Shown here: positions 60,061-64,000 of the stretch, in pieces
Numbering within the stretch: the first letter of the stretch is position 1
Layout: each line of letters begins with the position of its first letter
Assembly: GCA_036172245.1 (NCBI GenBank)
Contig: JAYWIR010000130.1
Location: forward strand, 1 to 64,000
Length of the DNA stretch: 64,000 bases
Direction: 5' to 3'
Source: Raillietiella orientalis
Taxonomy: Eukaryota
The notes under the pieces: model-generated
What the model saw: the letters and a program-made list of their open reading frames with translations, nothing else
What the model was told of the DNA's origin: nothing
The model's database searches: none
Made by a program: the position numbers and the translations under genes

Positions 60061-63000
60061 GTTGCCACCCGGGTACGCCCGGGGCGTTTATTTATAAAAA
60101 AACTCTACAATTGCGGTACCAGGCCCCGCTCACGGCCTTATGCACGGGACCTACCGGGACGCCGGGACGCAGCCCGGCGTGGCACTCCCCGGCAGAGAAA
60201 GGGGATGGTAAAAACAAAAATAAAAACAAAAGGCAAACCAACAAATGAGGTTGGGAGGCAGCGAAGGGATCACTGTTCGCTGAGAGGAGGGCCCAACCGT
60301 TGAAGGAAGCCCTCGAGGTCCATCCGTATATTCCCCAGTTGGGGCCATCCAGAAGCTCTCCGCAAGAAGCGTTGGGCATATCGGATGACATCCCTCGCGT
60401 GTTGACCCACTCCTTCCTTGTTGGTGTCGCTCCATGCCGTCACGATGCCTCGGACGCAGCACAAGGCTGCAAGGGCTGCGGCTGGCTGCAGGGCGTCCTT
60501 CACGAAGAGGGGCCGAAGAACGTCTCTAGGGGAACTGCCTGTAGGGAGACCGAGGATCGTCCCAAACCGTTCCCAAAGGGGACGAAGGGCAGCACAGTCC
60601 ACAATAAGGTGGGAGAGCGATTCTCGCTCTCCGCACCTGACACACGCAGGATCCACAACTCCTCTTGTCCAGTGAGAGCGGCGTGCGTTGCAGGGTAAAC
60701 CCCAATGAAACAACAGAAACGCCGACTGTTTCCACTTAAGGGGCAGGATCCTGGATTCCTGAAGAAGCGGGGGCCACTTCAGCACATCCATAGGGATGGC
60801 CAGCAGCTCGCCCCATCTTCTTAGTCCTCGCAGCTTGACGCTCGGTGTAGTGGCGTCGGCCAGTTCTCCTGTTGTCCAGCCCCTGATCAACTTCTCGCGT
60901 CCCTCGATGCAGCAGGAGACTTGCCACCTTAGCGTTCGGCTGCTGTGAAGTGCCCTCCACAGGAAGGGAAGCGCCGTAGCTAGGCAGGTCGTCTCTGCCC
61001 ACGTGCATCTTGCTAAACTCTTCAGGAGATTCCGCAGCGTGCAGCGGGCGTAGGGGCTGCATCGGAGACGATTCCACGTTTCGTGGCTCCTCTGGTTAAC
61101 CGCTTCCCACGTTCCAATATTCTCCTCCAGCCAGGCGGGGCAGTTGGCGGGGCAGCAAACCATCCAGCTGTTCTCCTTGGCCAATGTTGCCATGCGACCG
61201 AGCATTAGGCCGCATGTTCGCATCTTCCGGCCACGGCTCAGAAGAAAAGACGCGAGTCCATCGCACCGGGAAACACGGCTGGCCAGGAGGCGGGCCGGAG
61301 TACACCAAGGGGTGCTCCACATCTTCGCTGCGATGGCGAAGGTTCGCCACCGCAGCTGCTTCTCCACGCGCTCCAGCGTCAGGAGGCCAAGACCGCCGTC
61401 CCGACACGGAGCGCACAAGTCCTTCAGAGGGACTCGGGGCCTCCCCTTGCCCCAAAGGGCAATACGGAGGAGGTCCTTTGTCCTCTTCTTCGATTCCACA
61501 GTGGAAGGGCAAACAAAAAGCCAGAAGCGGAGGATAAGGGCCGCGAAGGCGTTCCAAACCGCGGCCCGTTCCGGCAAGTGAAACTTGCCTTCCAGGAACG
61601 GGCCGATCGCCGTCTCGACTTTTTGGAGGCAGATGGACCACGCTTCCGCAGAAGAGTAGTCCCCCAACGGCACACCAAGGGTCTTGAAGCACCTCGCCGT
61701 GGAGATCCCTAGACGGACCCAGTCCTGCTGCCCTGCCCACGCCGCACCTATTGGCACAACCGACGTCTTCGCCCTGTTAACCTGCAGTCCGGTCCCGCGC
61801 CTGAGCAGATCGAAGAAGTCTCCGACCGCCTTTGCCGGGGTAGACATTGGCAACAAGAGCAGACGATCGTCGGCGTACGCTGCTACGGCGAACGTGCGGA
61901 GGCACGAGCTCGGCAAGGGGGCCAAAGTCACTCTGTACGCTCTCAGCACCAACTCAATGTAGGTGCTGAAGAGCAGGAGGCTGAGGCTATCGCCCTGCCT
62001 TATGCCCCGCCGCACCGGCACGCCATACACCTTGTGGCCGCTGAAAGAGACGGTAATCATCGCATTCCGCCAGCAAGAGCGCAGGTAGGAAATCAGGGAG
62101 GTTAGAAGCCCAAGCGACCCACGAGCTTCAAGAGAAGTTTCTGGTCAACACAGTCGAATGCCTTATGGAGGTCGACTGCGATCGCTAAGGCCCCCTTCCC
62201 CGCATGAGGGTCCTTACCCCTTCCCACTGGCGGCCCCAATGTGGGGTTGCCGACTTTTCCTATCCCTTTCTTCTCTCTTCTCTGCAGGTGCACCCATGTG
62301 CTTCAGAAGAAGAGGTTGGAATTCATACTTAGCCCGGCAACAGCATAACTCTGCTCCGGGCTAATTATGGATTCTGCCACCTGCCCCAGACGCGAAGCCC
62401 ATAGCCCTGCTATCAACTTGGCGTCCGTATTCACGATCGTGATCGGACGCCAGTTCTTTAAATCCCTGAGGTCTACCCCTTTCGGAAGGAGCCTCACTCT
62501 GGCTGACCGAAACGAGGCGGGAACATCGCCTTCGTCTCGGATCAGCCTGATCAACTTAAGCAGCAGGGGTGCCAACTCTTCCGCGAAGCTCTGAAAGAAC
62601 TCCGCGGGCAAGCCGTCTTCCCCTGGAGCTTTACGCCTTTAGAGCCTTTGGATACCGGCGAGAATTTCGCCGGTGGTAAAAGGCTAGTCGAGTCTTTCCA
62701 TCTCCTCCTCCCCTATTGGCAGGGCGCCATCCGGAAGCAAGCGCCGAGAAGCGTCTCGATCTGAGGGCTCCCTGGCGTAGAGAGAGGAATAAAAACTCCG
62801 CACGAGATGCCGTACCTACGCCGGGGACGAACATTCCCTGCTCTGGTCGTCCAGCAAGCTGGCCGACCCGGATTGCCAGGCTTGGCGTTTGGCCCCAACG
62901 CGGTACTCGGCCATGCGACGGACATTAGGTGTTCTCTCGTAACTACGAGCCTGTAAATAGGCCCAATGTTTGCAAGGACCCTCGCCGAAACAGGGGAGCA

Positions 63001-64000
63001 GGCGGTCCAGGGGGAACTGCTCGCAGAACTCCCGGACCGAGGCCTTGAGAACGTCCCAATCCTAGAGATTCTGGAGCGTGACGCCTCTCAGGAATTCGCG
63101 AAGGTGTTCCTTCGCACCTGAAAGTCGCTTCCAGTCCCCGGGCAGACGCCAATCCCTAGATGGCGATCCCTTGTCGCGAGGCTGCATCTCGAAAATTAAC
63201 CGGGAATGGACCGACCACGTCGACGCAAACCTCCCCCGTTTGCCGACCCGTGAACACAGGTCAGCGTCGAGGAAGACGTGGTCGATGCTACGGACCATTC
63301 CCCTCTCACCCGCGAACAAGTTGCGCGCACGCATGGCGGCGCACAACTCGTTCATCGCGTTCTCTTGTGTTTCTGGCTCACCTGTAAGCAGACGGAGATT
63401 GAAATCACCCGCTATCAGGTGAGCCTTCCGCACGTTCGTGTCCGCCAGCCAGTCGCGCTTCAGGGATTCCAGCAGCCTGGTGCGGTCGCTGTATCCCTGT
63501 TTACCGCTGGGGGCGTACACATTCGTGACGATCAGTTCTATCGAGTCGGACCAGCTGAGTATCAGCTGACCGACCCGACCGTCGTCAGCGAAGCACACGC
63601 CCTTCACGGCAGCGTCGATGGCCGGCTTCACGAAGAACGCGACCCCGCAGGTTTTGCGGAGGCCGCATCGCCAATACAACCGACCCCCCGCGATCGTCTC
63701 GATCTCCTGTGCGTCTGCCGCGGTGATCACGTTGATCTCCTGCTGCAGGGCCAGGTCGAGCTCACGCAGGGTGTCTGCCGTATCTCGCCTGTTACCGTCG
63801 TCGCGCAGCCCGTTGACGTTCCAACAGGCGGCGCGAATCCGACGGCGACTGGCGAGCCCAGGTGTCATTCCTGGAAAAGCGGCTCTGCGGCGTCCTCCAC
63901 CTGTTGGGGCGAGACGCTTAATGGAGCAGGAGGGACAGGTGCCTCGAGCACCTGGTCCCACTACTCCATCGGTGACGGGGCGTCGGGCGGGTCATCCTCC
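60061..64000 (-). mobile_element. Element W: ORF2 and 3' end, ORF1 runs out of the window; antisense in V
   Basis: ACWNVNG, GDFN, IDH, DLHKAFD, YADD, CVRCGERESLSHLIVDC; 3' AATAAA plus CCCGGG-CGTA-CCCGGG. Confidence 0.92.

Overview
Eukaryotic DNA made almost entirely of nested, mostly decayed non-LTR retrotransposons of the L1 clade (Tx1-like: gag-like ORF1 with RRM-like region and CCHC knuckles; ORF2 with APE endonuclease, RT and C-terminal CCHC). I resolve about 25 elements or fragments (labelled A-W) from several related families on both strands. I see no host gene, RNA gene or other transposon class. Main observation: the nesting is not random. Related copies repeatedly end at the same codon position inside other elements of the clade. 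One group inserts antisense at the ORF2 'PxGFG' site (4 junctions), one antisense at 'AxADV' (2), one sense at the APE catalytic 'GDFN' (2), one next to CARCC (2), and one three times in tandem at CAACCCGCCGC in ORF1. Target-site duplications are visible for several. Shared unusual traits: no poly(A) tail but AATAAA plus a short terminal hairpin, a GGACGTG-like motif at the extreme 5' end, TAATG-type ORF1/ORF2 coupling often without ATG, an endonuclease about 20 aa shorter in the region holding the L1 target-recognition hairpin, and a family-specific loop in RT. Boundaries were read by eye and may be off by a few bases; family assignments are by-eye similarity only; the host organism cannot be determined.
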